A stretch of 62,479 nt of DNA, the filler included, from Globobulimina sp. (taxonomy: Eukaryota): assembly GCA_003354225.1 (NCBI GenBank). It is 34 parts of 34 records of this genome, joined end to end, with 100 filler letters (N's around TTAATTAATTAA, not from the genome) between each part and the next. Parts side by side here need not be neighbours in the genome. Positions count along the whole stretch, not along the records: positions 1 to 1,742 come from PIVH01012475.1; positions 1,843 to 3,584 come from PIVH01012476.1; positions 3,685 to 5,426 come from PIVH01012477.1; positions 5,527 to 7,268 come from PIVH01012478.1; positions 7,369 to 9,109 come from PIVH01012479.1; positions 9,210 to 10,950 come from PIVH01012480.1; positions 11,051 to 12,791 come from PIVH01012481.1; 27 more parts are not named here. One strand, written 5' to 3'. Numbering within the stretch: the stretch's first letter is position 1; each line of letters opens with the position of its first letter. A program made the translations under genes and the position numbers. Shown here piece after piece: positions 1 to 12,091 of this stretch. The notes under the pieces are model-generated. The model saw only the letters and a list, made by a program, of their open reading frames with translations. It was not told where the DNA came from and did not search any database.

Positions 1-2
1 TA

Positions 3-1742
3 CAAAACGACCGATACCCCGACAAATATGTCGGTTATTTCCGCGATAACTGGAACATCTTAGATTTTATTATCGTGGTTACGTCGTGGATTGAATGGCT
101 ACCCATCGATGCCGGCTCCAATCTCACTGCCATTCGCGTTTTACGTGTACTGCGCCCATTGCGTACATTCACCAAAATAAAATCACTGAAAGTGCTCATT
201 GCCACTATCATAAAATCACTGCGCGGCCTATCGGATGTCTTGGTGTTGCTGTTATTTCTATGCGTGGTGTTTGCCATCATTGCCATCCAGATGTTCAATG
301 GGGCGCTGCATCAACAATGCTTCAGCGCAGATTTCCGGGACACTGCGCAAAGTGAATGGTGCTGCGAGGATGCCACCAAATGGGTGGAAGACGGGTACTT
401 TTGTATACTGCCCAAGGGAGAAAGTGGCAGTAACGATGTGGATAATGGCTGTCCTGTGCATTTGCCCTGGTGTTTGAACATAGCACCCAACCCAAATGGC
501 GGTGTGACTAACTTTGACAACATCGGCTATGCGATGTTGAATGTATTCGTGACCATTTCGTTGGAGGGCTGGGCTGCCATTCAATATAAGTTGGAAGACA
601 CTGGCAACACTCTGGCATGGATGTACTTTATCCCTTTGACCTTCATCGTAGGTTTCTTCGCGGCGAACTTGTGTCTGGCAGTGATTGAGAGTGTATATGG
701 CGAAGAGATGGCGAAAAAGCACAAGAAGGAGAAGCGTGACGGCGCGGATTGTATAGACAAACAGGCGTTGGATGAGACAGAGCGGGCTTGGAAGGCACAG
801 AAAAAGGCGAAGATGGTAATTATGCAAACACCGGATACCATAACAAAGGATATGAGTATGAATCCCTTTGATATCCAATTTCGAAAAAGCGACATGCATT
901 TGAGTGTGGTGGAGGACCACAATGTTATTACACCGGGCAATATGGATGACTTTGATCGCATTACACCGAGCAATCGCAATGCCATTACACCGAGCTATTA
1001 TACGCAAGCTTCGTTCAGATTGCCCTACAACTTAGACGGCGAAGAGTCTATTTTTAAGACCCGGATCAAAATGGAATTGGTGGATAAGCCGCCAATGCCG
1101 GAAACAGTGAATGTATTGGGCGGAGGTGGACATTTTCGCTCTAAATCTGTATCAAACTCACCGCAGAAACGACGTGGTACCGATGTAGACCTAAAAAGGT
1201 CAAAAACTGATAAACTTCACAGAGTGCCAATGAGCTCACATCAGGCCGGATTGATTCAGACATCTCAGGAATGGGATGATATACAAATAGACAAAATGAA
1301 CCGGGAAAATGTAAAAAATAAAAAAATAAATCACCATAAACAATCCTCGTCGTTCAAATTGGGAAAAAGCGTTAAAAAAATACAGTTTCAACAAGGTTTA
1401 GGACTGGGGACCATATCATATATGTATCGGTATAGAACAGGTGATTTGGCCAAAAGTGAGACAGTGTCCAAAGTAGAAGAGCAACATAAAACTGTTTCGT
1501 TCAGTGCATCGCCGGCAAAGTCCAAAAATAGGAAGCTCGCCGATACAAAACATAAATATAAACATAAAAAGAAGTCGCATGACCATGCAATGAGACATAT
1601 GGACAGCGGGTTTATGTCAGAGAATGATGCATTGGATGGAGAGGAAGAAGCGGAACATACGGACTTAGATATCGACACTGACAATGAAATGGAAGATGTC
1701 AATGTAGTATTGCCTGACAATCTAAATGCGGCCAAAAGTACC
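3..1742 (+). CDS. Voltage-gated Ca2+/Na+ channel alpha subunit, domain I (S3-S6) plus I-II loop; partial at both ends
   Basis: YFRDNWNILDFIIV (S3), S4 voltage sensor IRVLRVLRPLR, pore NFDNIGYAMLNVFVTISLEGW (Glu at the filter position, Cav-like), S6 FFAANLCLAVI. Confidence 0.92.
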
Positions 1743-1842
1743 NNNNNNNNNNNNNNNNNNNNNNNNNNNNNNNNNNNNNNNNNNNNTTAATTAATTAANN
1801 NNNNNNNNNNNNNNNNNNNNNNNNNNNNNNNNNNNNNNNNNN
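1743..1842. other. Artificial contig linker (44 N + TTAATTAATTAA + 44 N); first of 33 identical linkers
   Basis: Identical 100-nt spacer recurs about every 1840 bp; the 12-mer gives stops in all six frames; the contigs between linkers are 1742 down to 1739 bp. Confidence 0.99.
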
Positions 1843-2140
1843 TAGTTTTGATTTTTAGTTTCCAAATTAATGCAAACTAGTTTTTTGTATTTTTTAGTTT
1901 TAATTTTTGAAAAAATATTTATTTCCAAATTTTTATTTTTACTTTTTTTATTTTAGTTTTACTTTTTTTATTTTAGTGTAAAAGAACAAGTTTGGTGGGT
2001 GTAATAAACAATTAATTATATAAGTATAACTGCTATAAAATTAATTAAAATTAAACTGATTGACACAAACATAATAATATAATATAATAAAAAAAGAAAT
2101 TAATGCGTCAAACAGAGCAAACATGACATAATCAAATAAA

Positions 2141-2955
2141 TTATATACGTAAATCTATTCCTTCCTCATTATTCATTGTTGATTGGGGAGTATCCACGGT
2201 ACAAACACTCTGATCCTTCATATAAATATTCCTTCTTTTCCTCAAACAATACACCAATGTAACAATAATCAAACAAAGACAAACTACCAAAGCAATTAAT
2301 CCACCAATCACCGCCCTAATAACTACACTACCTTCACATCTGTCATTGTGTACCTTCACATCTGCCAAAGCAGAATCATATTCGGCTGTTGTTGGGTTGT
2401 TTGATGGTGATACGGTCGGATTTTCTGATGGTGATACGGTCGGATTTTCTGATGGTGGTACGGTCGTAATTGATGCTGTGTGGCATGTAATTGAAGCTGG
2501 AATTCGCATGGTATCGTTAATTGACTGTGCCAATAATTATCAGGTAGTATAATGGAAACAGTATCGCATCCGCCACCGGCTGCTTCTTCAATGCAATGTG
2601 GCCAATCAAGCCAATCGGATCCGTTTTCATCATATTCTATGCCATTTACTTTTATGTGACCAATGCATAGCATATCACTCCCTGGATGCACTATTTGCAC
2701 TTTGTATATGTCACCAATGTCTTCTGTTGTTGTGTATGTATAGGAATATGTCTGTCCATCACTAGGCCAGCCTGCTGGAACGGATTGGAATGCTCCACAA
2801 ATGTCGTTTTGATTGCATAGGCGAAAATAAATTTCATCGACAGTACCACTCAACCACAGGCCTGAGACATAAGCTTCAAATTGATAATTTCGTTGGCTTT
2901 GGGATGTAATGATAAATATTGATGATATACAGAAGGTATATACCAAATTGGTCAT
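2141..2955 (-). CDS. Putative type I membrane protein: signal peptide, PLAT/LH2-like domain, PT-repeat stalk, TM helix; contains a frameshift near 2490-2535
   Basis: ORF 2356-2955 has a signal peptide and DIGDIYKVQI..GSDMLCI (PLAT-like); overlapping ORF 2141-2533 carries PTVSPSEN repeats, a TM helix and RKRR. Confidence 0.6.
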
Positions 2956-3684
2956 CTGGATGGAATTAATTTTAAATTCAGGATATTTTACTTTGCCGGC
3001 AGTCGAACACTTGAGACTTCCTAGGTTATTGCGGTCAACACGAAGAAAGTGATTTTTGATGATTGACTTTGCACTTCAGTCTTTACCAGGAAATAAAAAC
3101 CTTTCTTCTCTCGGCCTTAATTGTTTAAAACCCACCCGCCCGTACCCTATTATAAGTATAAGTTGGTCCTTCAAGGATTTATTGCTGTTTACCTTCTTTT
3201 GTTTTATTTTTTTTAGCACCACAGCACTAGATCCTTGTTGTCCCTGCCATATCTGTTCGCAGATAAAAATGCAAAGGGCATCTTATTTTAGCAGAAAAAC
3301 CGTTTTTGACAAACTTTCAGTTATACAAACAGTGGTGAACACAGTGATGCTTGCAAAAGTGATCGGACCTAGTCCTCTGTTTTTCTGTTTAGTGATGTCA
3401 GTCAGCAGTGATCGTGTAATTCTTTTACGACGGTTGGTCGAAGATTTTGTCAACCAATTAAATTAATTATTAGTTTATTATAAATTAATATTTAATGTGT
3501 TGCCAATCTCTTCTCTTATCTATATACACTATTTAATAAATTAAATAATCTAATTGATTAGTTCTACCTCCTTGCAATCTATCCNNNNNNNNNNNNNNNN
3601 NNNNNNNNNNNNNNNNNNNNNNNNNNNNTTAATTAATTAANNNNNNNNNNNNNNNNNNNNNNNNNNNNNNNNNNNNNNNNNNNN

Positions 3685-4020
<336 letters not shown>

Positions 4021-4300
4021 ATTTTTGTCAATTATAATTCTTAGTAAATAAAAAATAAAATTAGTAAAAATTTGCATAGAGTGAAATTATATTGTACTTT
4101 TGAAAGTCCATTGACGTCTTACTTTTTTCTGTTCTAGAAAAATCCGTGACATTGTCAATGTATCGCGTTTTCATCTTGATCGCGTTTTCACTGACTCTGC
4201 ATATTTAACTGAGTCATTGTGTGTATGAATACAAGAAGGTATATAATTTAAATTATTTTAACTTTGATTGTCCTCTCTAGAAAAAAAATGTATGTTTAAA

Positions 4301-5051
4301 TTAGAGTTTAGAAAATTTTCTTCGCGTTGAAAGAAATTCTTTAATAAAACCACCAATATCCTTTATATTTTTTTTATTTTCAACAATTTCCTTTGCCAAA
4401 TGCTTGGCCCTCACATCCGATGTATCCACCAACATTCCCGTAATGTTTCCCGTTTTCCTGGTCATCCATATCGCGCATAATTTAAATATTCGGTCATGCA
4501 GAGGATCGAGCCCTGCTTTGCAAACATCGCGAATATAAACCTTAACCTCGGAATTAGGTTCAACCACAAATTTGAAATCGACCTGCATCACAGTTCCAAC
4601 ATTACCATAAAAAATCCAACTTTGCCCAAACACGCGACTGAAGAAAACAGGTAAAAACTCATATCCATTTTTCTTTTCCTTGAGATTCAATTTTCCGGCC
4701 ATTGCGCGCATTGCGTAAGTTCCAGAGGCTCGAGCATGCCGAACATGCTCTAATCGAACAGTCCGATTTAAGTTTGTATTGCGGAACGAAATAATATCAC
4801 CGCATCCATACACATCCGCATTCGATACGCTTTGCAAATATCTGTTTACCTTTGTATCAACGTATATATTTTGTATTTTTTGACGTTACAAAAATTGATT
4901 CTATTTCGTTTTGTGGTGCATAGAGCCGACAAAACAGCAAAAACGAAATACGAATATATCAGACCTTTAATCCCCTGCTACTTTCATGCATTTCCAAGTC
5001 GTCTTTGAACAACGCAGTGTTTGGACGAGCACCAATTCCAACAATCACGAG
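4301..5051 (-). CDS. Monodehydroascorbate reductase-like FAD/NAD(P) oxidoreductase, C-terminal part, intron 4850-4964
   Basis: Spliced VIVGIGARPNTALF...GLK|VNRYLQS...DVYGCGDI...RLEHVRHARASG...YEFLPVFFSRVFGQSWIFYG parallels plant MDHAR motifs (RVEHVDHARKSA, YDYLPFFYSR, SWQFYG). Confidence 0.78.
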
Positions 5052-5526
5052 TTAATATAATATATAATCCAGAGAGCTATCTTAGTAGAAAATGAAATGA
5101 TAAAATTCTTGATAAAAAAACTCGGGAGATTTTTTTATCCCGTTTCAATAAAAAAAGTGAAGGTAGTTTTTTATATACAACAAGAAATTTAGTCCTTATA
5201 TTGGTGCGATTTCAAAAGACACCACTTCCACATAACAAGGAGGAAAATGAGAGTCTGCCGTTGGAGGAAGCACAGTGCGCTGAACACGGATATTTAGGCA
5301 GTGCTTTAGAATGGAATTGTCGTTAAAACATGAATGATTGCCTTTGCACAAAATGTCAAACTCATTATCAATTATTGTGTTGCTGAGCCTATAACATTCA
5401 TCTTTGATATATGTTTCATTGATCACNNNNNNNNNNNNNNNNNNNNNNNNNNNNNNNNNNNNNNNNNNNNTTAATTAATTAANNNNNNNNNNNNNNNNNN
5501 NNNNNNNNNNNNNNNNNNNNNNNNNN

Positions 5527-5896
5527 CGGCTCGCGAGCTTTAAATTTTCATAAAAGCTCGCTGAAAAATTCCAAAAAGCTCGTTTTTGGGCTCCAAATTT
5601 CCTTTTTAGCTTCTAAATTAAATTTACAGTATATTTTCAAACAAGAAAACAACTTTATATTGCTTTTGCGGACCAAACATAATATTTAGTAAAAAATAAA
5701 TACCAAAATGCAACAGTTTCTGAATTTTTTTGTAGTTTTGTGGCATTATATCAAGCTCAAAGCTCGTTTGGGCTCGCTGGCAAAAAGGCAGGCTCGGCTC
5801 GGCTCGCTCGCGAGCCTAGTAGAAATCAAAATTGAGCTCGAATCAGGCTCTAGAGCCGAGCCGAGCCGAGCTTTTTCAGGCTCGCGCCCATCTCTA
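5527..5896. mobile_element. One end of a non-autonomous hAT-like DNA element with GGCTCG/CGAGCC subterminal repeats
   Basis: Dense GGCTCG/GAGCC repeats in both orientations ending in GCCCATCTCTA (reverse TAGAGATGGGC, similar to Ac/Ds-type TIRs); the other end is off-contig. Confidence 0.5.
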
Positions 5897-7520
5897 GTAC
5901 CTATACGGTAACTGCCATTTTCGAATCGCCAAAAATGAAAAAATGATTCTGGACTCTAGTATGTATGCCCCCAAGTTTCAGCTCGATCGGTCCAGTAGAA
6001 AAATTTTATGCTCTCGGAGACAGGATAAAAACAAAAAGTAAAAACACTGTACAGTTGTGACGACTAAGTGGCCCTTTTGGGGTCACAAAAACAATGTGTC
6101 ATTAACACTTAATAGCTATTTTGTACATGTTTGTATGCATTCCCTACATTTAAACATTTATCCTAATTAGAAACGCATAACAAACATACAATGGATAATT
6201 ATCAATTTCATTTTTATATACTTACCAAAATCTTCAAATAAAACGATTTCGAAATACAAAAGGTAAAATTTAATAGGTCGCAGGAACGCAGTTAATACAA
6301 CCTCTAAATAATGAAAAAATAGCTATGACTGATCGTTTATATATAGTAAAAGATGGAAGAAGACTCTATTTGCCCGATGAGGAAGAATTCTTCACCATGA
6401 TTCAGGCAATTTCGGGCATGTTCAGGCACGCCAAGGATCGTTTTTCCGATAATATGGAAACGACGCTCCGATTGTTAACGGGGGCGCTGCATTATATTTT
6501 CATATTAATGTTTTTCAATCAAAAAATTGTACGTCGCTGACATTTTTATTCCTAAAAATCGGTCCATCAGACAGATCGCTTTGTTTATTGTCACGTTTTA
6601 AATGGTTAGATGATTATGTATTGTAACTAAAGCATAATTACCCGAGTTTCCGCCTAGAGCGTCTTTTTCGTATTCGATTGTCATTTCCATATTAACAAAA
6701 AAGTCTCAGTCACAGTCACCATGGCAACGGGGCGGCGCAAGACGATAAATTTGTATTAACTTTAACTTTTTGACCACCGCTCGATAATATTGAAAAATAT
6801 TATAAGAAGACTGAATTTATTTCGGATTCCTCTCACTAATAGCTTGAAATATGGGCGAAGGCAGGGTGTACGCTTTTATTTCGCTATTTTTCTTTATAAA
6901 GTGTGATTGCCGCCGCCCTTGCATCTTGATCGATCATCCCGTTGACAACGCTTTTTCGAAATTATTGATCTCGTTTCTATTGAGGCGACGTCTGGCGGAA
7001 TCGAAACAAATGCATAGTCTAGCGTTTCATCTTTTTGTATAGAAATAGCTGCATTATTATCGTTAAATAATAATCTATAGTAACTATAGGTTACGCTCTA
7101 CATTATTCATTTTTAACCCGGTCTCGAACGATCTAGTATTCGTCTCTATTTAGTCTCCAACCATGTATACTTTCGTAAATATTTATGTCTGGTGTGGTTG
7201 GACTCTTGCCAATTATTAGTGACGTCTTGTCTGGAGCGGATCGATCGAACATGGGGCGGCGTAGGACTNNNNNNNNNNNNNNNNNNNNNNNNNNNNNNNN
7301 NNNNNNNNNNNNTTAATTAATTAANNNNNNNNNNNNNNNNNNNNNNNNNNNNNNNNNNNNNNNNNNNNAACATACCTGCAAACAATGTTATTTATACATA
7401 TTATTATGACATCACCATATAATCGAAGAGGGGAGGAGAGGGAACTCATCATTAAAGGGAGGGGTGCAAAATGTTAGTATTTTTTAAGCTATGTTTCGTA
7501 CTTCAATTTTCGGATTTAAG

Positions 7521-8922
7521 TTAAATAGGAAAAAAAGATAGTTTCTGAGCATCACAACAAGTCGCAACAATGCTCAATTTTTCATAAAAATCAAGACTTG
7601 AAACAGGATATTTCTCTTCTTGAATAGTAGTAATATTTGTATTCCACGCAGATTGCGATAAATCTTTCCAGTCATTATGTTCCGATTGAAATATTTGTGT
7701 TATTCCATCATTGCCGCATGTTACTAATCCGTTCATTGAGTTAGAATTATTTGTTAAAAAATTAATATCATTCACCAATGTATGTTTACGATGTCCTGAA
7801 AATAGTTTATATGACTCATCATCGTCCTGTTTATTATGATTATGATCATTATCATTGCCATTCTTTCCACGAATATCCCATATCGCAACACTGCCATACT
7901 CCGTCCCCGTCGAAAATAGATGGTTTGTATGAGGATGAACTGCTAAACTTATCAAACTGCCATGTTTTCTGGGCACTGTAGCCGCATAACAAACATTGTT
8001 TAAACGCCTCAAATCCCACAACATTAACTGCCCAGACATCGATACAGAAACAATTATGTTGGAATTAGTAAATCTGATGCAATTTATTGCTGATGAGCTA
8101 CAACTCTAAATATGCGTAATTATATTCGTATTTATATTACAAAACAGTGCAAGGATACACATAATAAAGCAACTTAACTTGCGCTGTGATGAATTTTTGT
8201 TGATCAATATCGGTGATATAAATATATCCGCCTTCGTCCGACGCCACAATATTCCCATAATTTGTATTTACAGTGACCGAGGTCAATGCTGCTCGGTAAT
8301 GTTTATTCTGTTGATTTGGATAACAAATATTCGGGTCATGACCCGAGGAAATCGGGATTAATTTCCATTTGTTCCCTGGCTTTTTATTGTTAAATACGAC
8401 CATTTTTTCATCGTCATCGTCGTTTGGCGGCGAATATTCGTCATTTTGTTGTAGTTTTATTAGCTTAATTTCTCCATTTCTGGTCACAATAACTGCTGTT
8501 TGATCGTCTGCAAATTGAATGTCTGCGATCTCTGAACATAAAGTTATTTTGTCATCGGCGGTAACTTCAATTCTTTGTTGGTTTGCTTCACTTTTTCCGT
8601 AATTTACTGTTTGTAAATAATATTCATTGCAGTGGTTATAGCCCGCAATTAATACGGTGTCCTGTGCTCCTTTCATATGCGGTGTGTAGTTTGATTTGAT
8701 CCATCTGATTATATTTGGTGTAAAGTCTAATTCATATTCCTGCCAATATTCTTTTCGCGATATTTCCTCGTCTTCATAATTTGCCTCATTTGCGTTTTCT
8801 TCAGCAAGCATGCCATCATCTTGATAGGCTGTGTTCGCAGCTGTATGGTAATTGAATCCGTTGTTATTATTGCTGGGTTGGTCGGCATCGAACACAAAGT
8901 TAATATTGTTTACATCTGCCAT
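7521..8922 (-). CDS. NUP43: WD40 protein, nucleoporin Nup43-like; intron 8106-8178
   Basis: GT-AG intron joins two ORFs in frame; SAINCIRF...SMSGQLMLWDLR...AVHPHTNHLFSTGTEYGSVAIWDIR resembles the Nup43 repeats. Confidence 0.72.
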
Positions 8923-8978
8923 TTAAATTATAAAGTTTTCCACCTTAAATTATATACCTTGAAGTTACAGTCATTTTC

Positions 8979-9109
8979 ATGGAGACTTGTTCGCAAACAA
9001 CACTGATCAAAAAAGAAGGCTTCCTTGAAAAACAAAGCCGTCATTTGAAAGCATGGAGGAAGAGATGGGTTGTATTCACAAAAGATAATGGGTTGTATCG
9101 TTTATCTAC
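8979..9109 (+). CDS. PH-domain protein, N-terminal fragment
   Basis: IKKEGFLEKQSRHLKAWRKRWVV is a PH beta1-beta2 signature. Confidence 0.85.
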
Positions 9110-9339
9110 NNNNNNNNNNNNNNNNNNNNNNNNNNNNNNNNNNNNNNNNNNNNTTAATTAATTAANNNNNNNNNNNNNNNNNNNNNNNNNNNNNNNNNNN
9201 NNNNNNNNNTGAAATGCGTTATTTGGTATCAAAACCAAATTGGAATATAAATGACCTGCACTAATATACATATGTTGCATCGCCAACAATGCCAAATCCA
9301 ACATTATACATATTTTCAAAATCATTGTCGCTCAGTTTC

Positions 9340-9579
9340 TTTTCATAATCATTGTCGTTTTTAAGGAATTCCAGGACTTTTAGAACTTTGCGTCTGTACA
9401 GAAATGAATTGCTGGGTGACAAAAACGCTATATGGTAACAAATGCGTTGCTGATTGACAGAAAAACCTCCTCAAAACCTTGAGAAACGTTTCTATCTGCA
9501 GCGGGACAGAAGAATCGCAAAGTTCTAAAATCCCAAAAGTCTATGGATCGTAAAACATGAACGACAATGATTATGAAAA
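9340..9579. mobile_element. Foldback/MITE-like element
   Basis: Perfect 20-bp inverted repeat (9340-9359 / 9560-9579) enclosing a 15-bp inverted repeat (9378-9392 / 9516-9530). Confidence 0.65.
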
Positions 9580-9662
9580 TTAGTATAATTATATTGGTTA
9601 TAATATTAAAGTCTTGTCTGCAGAATTATGAGTGCTATGCAAGGAAATCAAAAACATTTTAC

Positions 9663-10415
9663 TTACTTGCTTGATATTAGATTTGTGTCAATATTTCCAA
9701 AACAAAACTGTAAAATATTATTTGTCGAATTATTTGTTGCAGTATTCACTATTTGCATAAATATTTGATATCCAATCAATGCATCATTCGCAGCCGAATC
9801 AATTTGTTGTTTGGTTAATGTCTCACATTCCCATTTTGTATTATTCCTATTCTTATATTCCATTTCTTGTTTTAATAAATAAGTTGCAAATCGTTGTAAG
9901 TCATAAAATGAATTGTAACCGTTATTAATTAGTCTGTAAATCTCATTTAATTCAACACAGCCAAACATTTCTATATTATAATCATTAAACAGTTTTTGTT
10001 TATTTCCATATATATCAACACCGCATTTAAGCACATTCATTCGACATAGAAACGATATGAGTTCCATTGGGATATTATTTAGCAAATGTAAGCGAATTAA
10101 AATAATTAATTTATTATCAAATGCAATTTGCATCAAAGATACTTTTGAGTGCATTCCATGTCCGATTCTGTTTGATTTCCATTGTAAATCCAAACCAACG
10201 ATTTGTGGGGAATAGCTTAATAATTCTTTGATTGCTGAAATACATTTTGCCTCATTCTCTATAACCAAAGTTTTAATGCCTTTATGATAATAAATATTTG
10301 CGTTGGGAGGAGAGAATTTTCTGCACCGACTCCGAACCAAACAAGTGCATAAATTGGAACAGAACATAATTAACAATGCTACAATTAACGTAAAAACAAT
10401 GTTTGTTTCAGCCAT
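9663..10415 (-). CDS. EXD2/WRN-like 3'-5' exonuclease-domain protein with N-terminal TM anchor; catalytic motifs degenerate
   Basis: IVGLDLQW, KVSLMQIA, LKCGVDIYGNKQKL, WECETLTKQQIDSAANDA follow the DEDDy WRN/EXD2 pattern. Confidence 0.85.
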   Translation of the reverse strand: MAETNIVFTLIVALLIMFCSNLCTCLVRSRCRKFSPPNANIYYHKGIKTLVIENEAKCISAIKELLSYSPQIVGLDLQWKSNRIGHGMHSKVSLMQIAFDNKLIILIRLHLLNNIPMELISFLCRMNVLKCGVDIYGNKQKLFNDYNIEMFGCVELNEIYRLINNGYNSFYDLQRFATYLLKQEMEYKNRNNTKWECETLTKQQIDSAANDALIGYQIFMQIVNTATNNSTNNILQFCFGNIDTNLISSK

Positions 10416-11241
10416 TGTCACAGTTTTAAAAAAAACAACAAAGTAAATTACTAAAACTAGCAAAAACCGATCAGAGAATCAATAGAACACGAAATCAAAC
10501 AAACAATTAAAAACAAATTGGATGAAACTGCTTAACAATTTTATTAATTTGAGTGTTTAGCAACGGTGCGTTATCATGATCAGCATGTTTCTGATAATTC
10601 CGAACATGCATATTAACAAAACAAATCTGTCAAATTGTCAAAACATACAATACATCGATCATTTGCTCCACACAGCACAATTAATTCTGTTGAATGTTGC
10701 TTTTTAAATTTTCCCATAAACTTCAGTTATACACTTTAATTATTATAACATTATAATATTGCTATCATTTCTTTTTGCAAAATCTAATATTCATTTTTTT
10801 ATACAATTTCCAAAGCCTAATTGGCCCTTTTCATTATAACCAACAGCATATACATTATTGTCTGATAGATTGTCATTTCTATGACAATCCAGTATCTATG
10901 ATCCATAGTAACAAAACCAAAACAAGTACATGTTTAGAAACACTTTTTGANNNNNNNNNNNNNNNNNNNNNNNNNNNNNNNNNNNNNNNNNNNNTTAATT
11001 AATTAANNNNNNNNNNNNNNNNNNNNNNNNNNNNNNNNNNNNNNNNNNNNTTGACATGTTTAAAAATTAAAATTAAGATTTACAGCTTCAAAACACTAAG
11101 AAACAAAAACACTGATCTGATATCATATAAATCCGTAATCTGATTAATATTAAATCGAAGGGGAATAAAAGATTTAAATTGAACACAAAAAAAAGATAAA
11201 TCATATCATACAATATATATATATATAATTAATATTAATAA

Positions 11242-12033
11242 TTAATGAATAACTTGAAATTTACAATTATTTGAAAATGAAACAAAAGGATAATATGTTA
11301 CATTTCGTTGTATACTGATTGATTTTCGAACTTTCTTATTATTTAACATGAATGTAATTGTAGCTTTATCCAAATCTAAACATACTTTAATAACATCACC
11401 ATTTGTCCATGAACTATATGATGATAAACGTTTATTACATCGACTCGAATTATCTTTATTATACGATGCATAATAAAATGATTTTATTTCCATTATATTT
11501 CCATAAACTGCTCTTGCACCAAATTTATTATTATTACGTATTCCATCGATTTCACCAATATTCACATTCGGAGCCAAAATAGAAACAATACCAAGTTCTT
11601 GACGATGCATATCACTTTTTAATACGTTAAAGCTCCATTCATGATAACCTGAATGTAATCCATTTGATGACATCACATATGTTCCACAATCAATATCAAA
11701 TTGGATGGGATTTATTTCTTCCATCATGCTCGACGATGATGATGATGATTCAAAAGAATATGACATTGAGAAAGACCAATCCAGGGATATTTGAGGTATA
11801 TATATTGGTGCTACACTGATTTTATATTGAAGTGATGGTTCTTTTTGTGGTTTATCATCAATTTCAATGTCACAATCAACGGAATATGCATATGAATCTG
11901 TAACACTCTGTATTGGTGATATAGGAGATACTGATGAGTAAGGTGTTGACTGGTTGGAGATTGCAGAGGTATCAGAGAGAGCATCAGGTATATCGACTAC
12001 ATCCACCAACTGGTTTAATTTTTTTGAGTGCAT
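11242..12033 (-). CDS. SPRY/B30.2-like domain protein
   Basis: GLHSGYHEWSF, ELGIV, WTNGDVIKVCLDLDKATITFMLN, YYPFVS. Confidence 0.75.
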   Translation of the reverse strand: MHSKKLNQLVDVVDIPDALSDTSAISNQSTPYSSVSPISPIQSVTDSYAYSVDCDIEIDDKPQKEPSLQYKISVAPIYIPQISLDWSFSMSYSFESSSSSSSMMEEINPIQFDIDCGTYVMSSNGLHSGYHEWSFNVLKSDMHRQELGIVSILAPNVNIGEIDGIRNNNKFGARAVYGNIMEIKSFYYASYNKDNSSRCNKRLSSYSSWTNGDVIKVCLDLDKATITFMLNNKKVRKSISIQRNVTYYPFVSFSNNCKFQVIH

Positions 12034-12091
12034 TATAAAAATTATTGAAGTAGAGATAAAACTAGAATACAGAAAACTGTTTTTAATGTTT

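Noticed and set aside
258-1007. Long antisense and alternate-frame ORFs (e.g. 258-1007, 19506-19895, 21296-21742, 34054-34485, 59153-59530)
   Set aside because: They are shadows of well-supported genes and show no independent protein features.
1743-1842. Regularly spaced TTAATTAATTAA flanked by Ns as a biological repeat
   Set aside because: It is a six-frame-stop linker added when contigs were concatenated; ORF tails of X residues and LIN are artefacts of it.
5049-5060. Non-canonical (AT-AC) acceptor upstream of the MDHAR-like exon
   Set aside because: No U12-type donor is visible upstream; a chimeric junction or mutation is simpler.
5900-7268. Short ORFs at 6325-6540 and 6851-7042
   Set aside because: No recognisable motifs; the contig looks non-coding and may come from a different organism.
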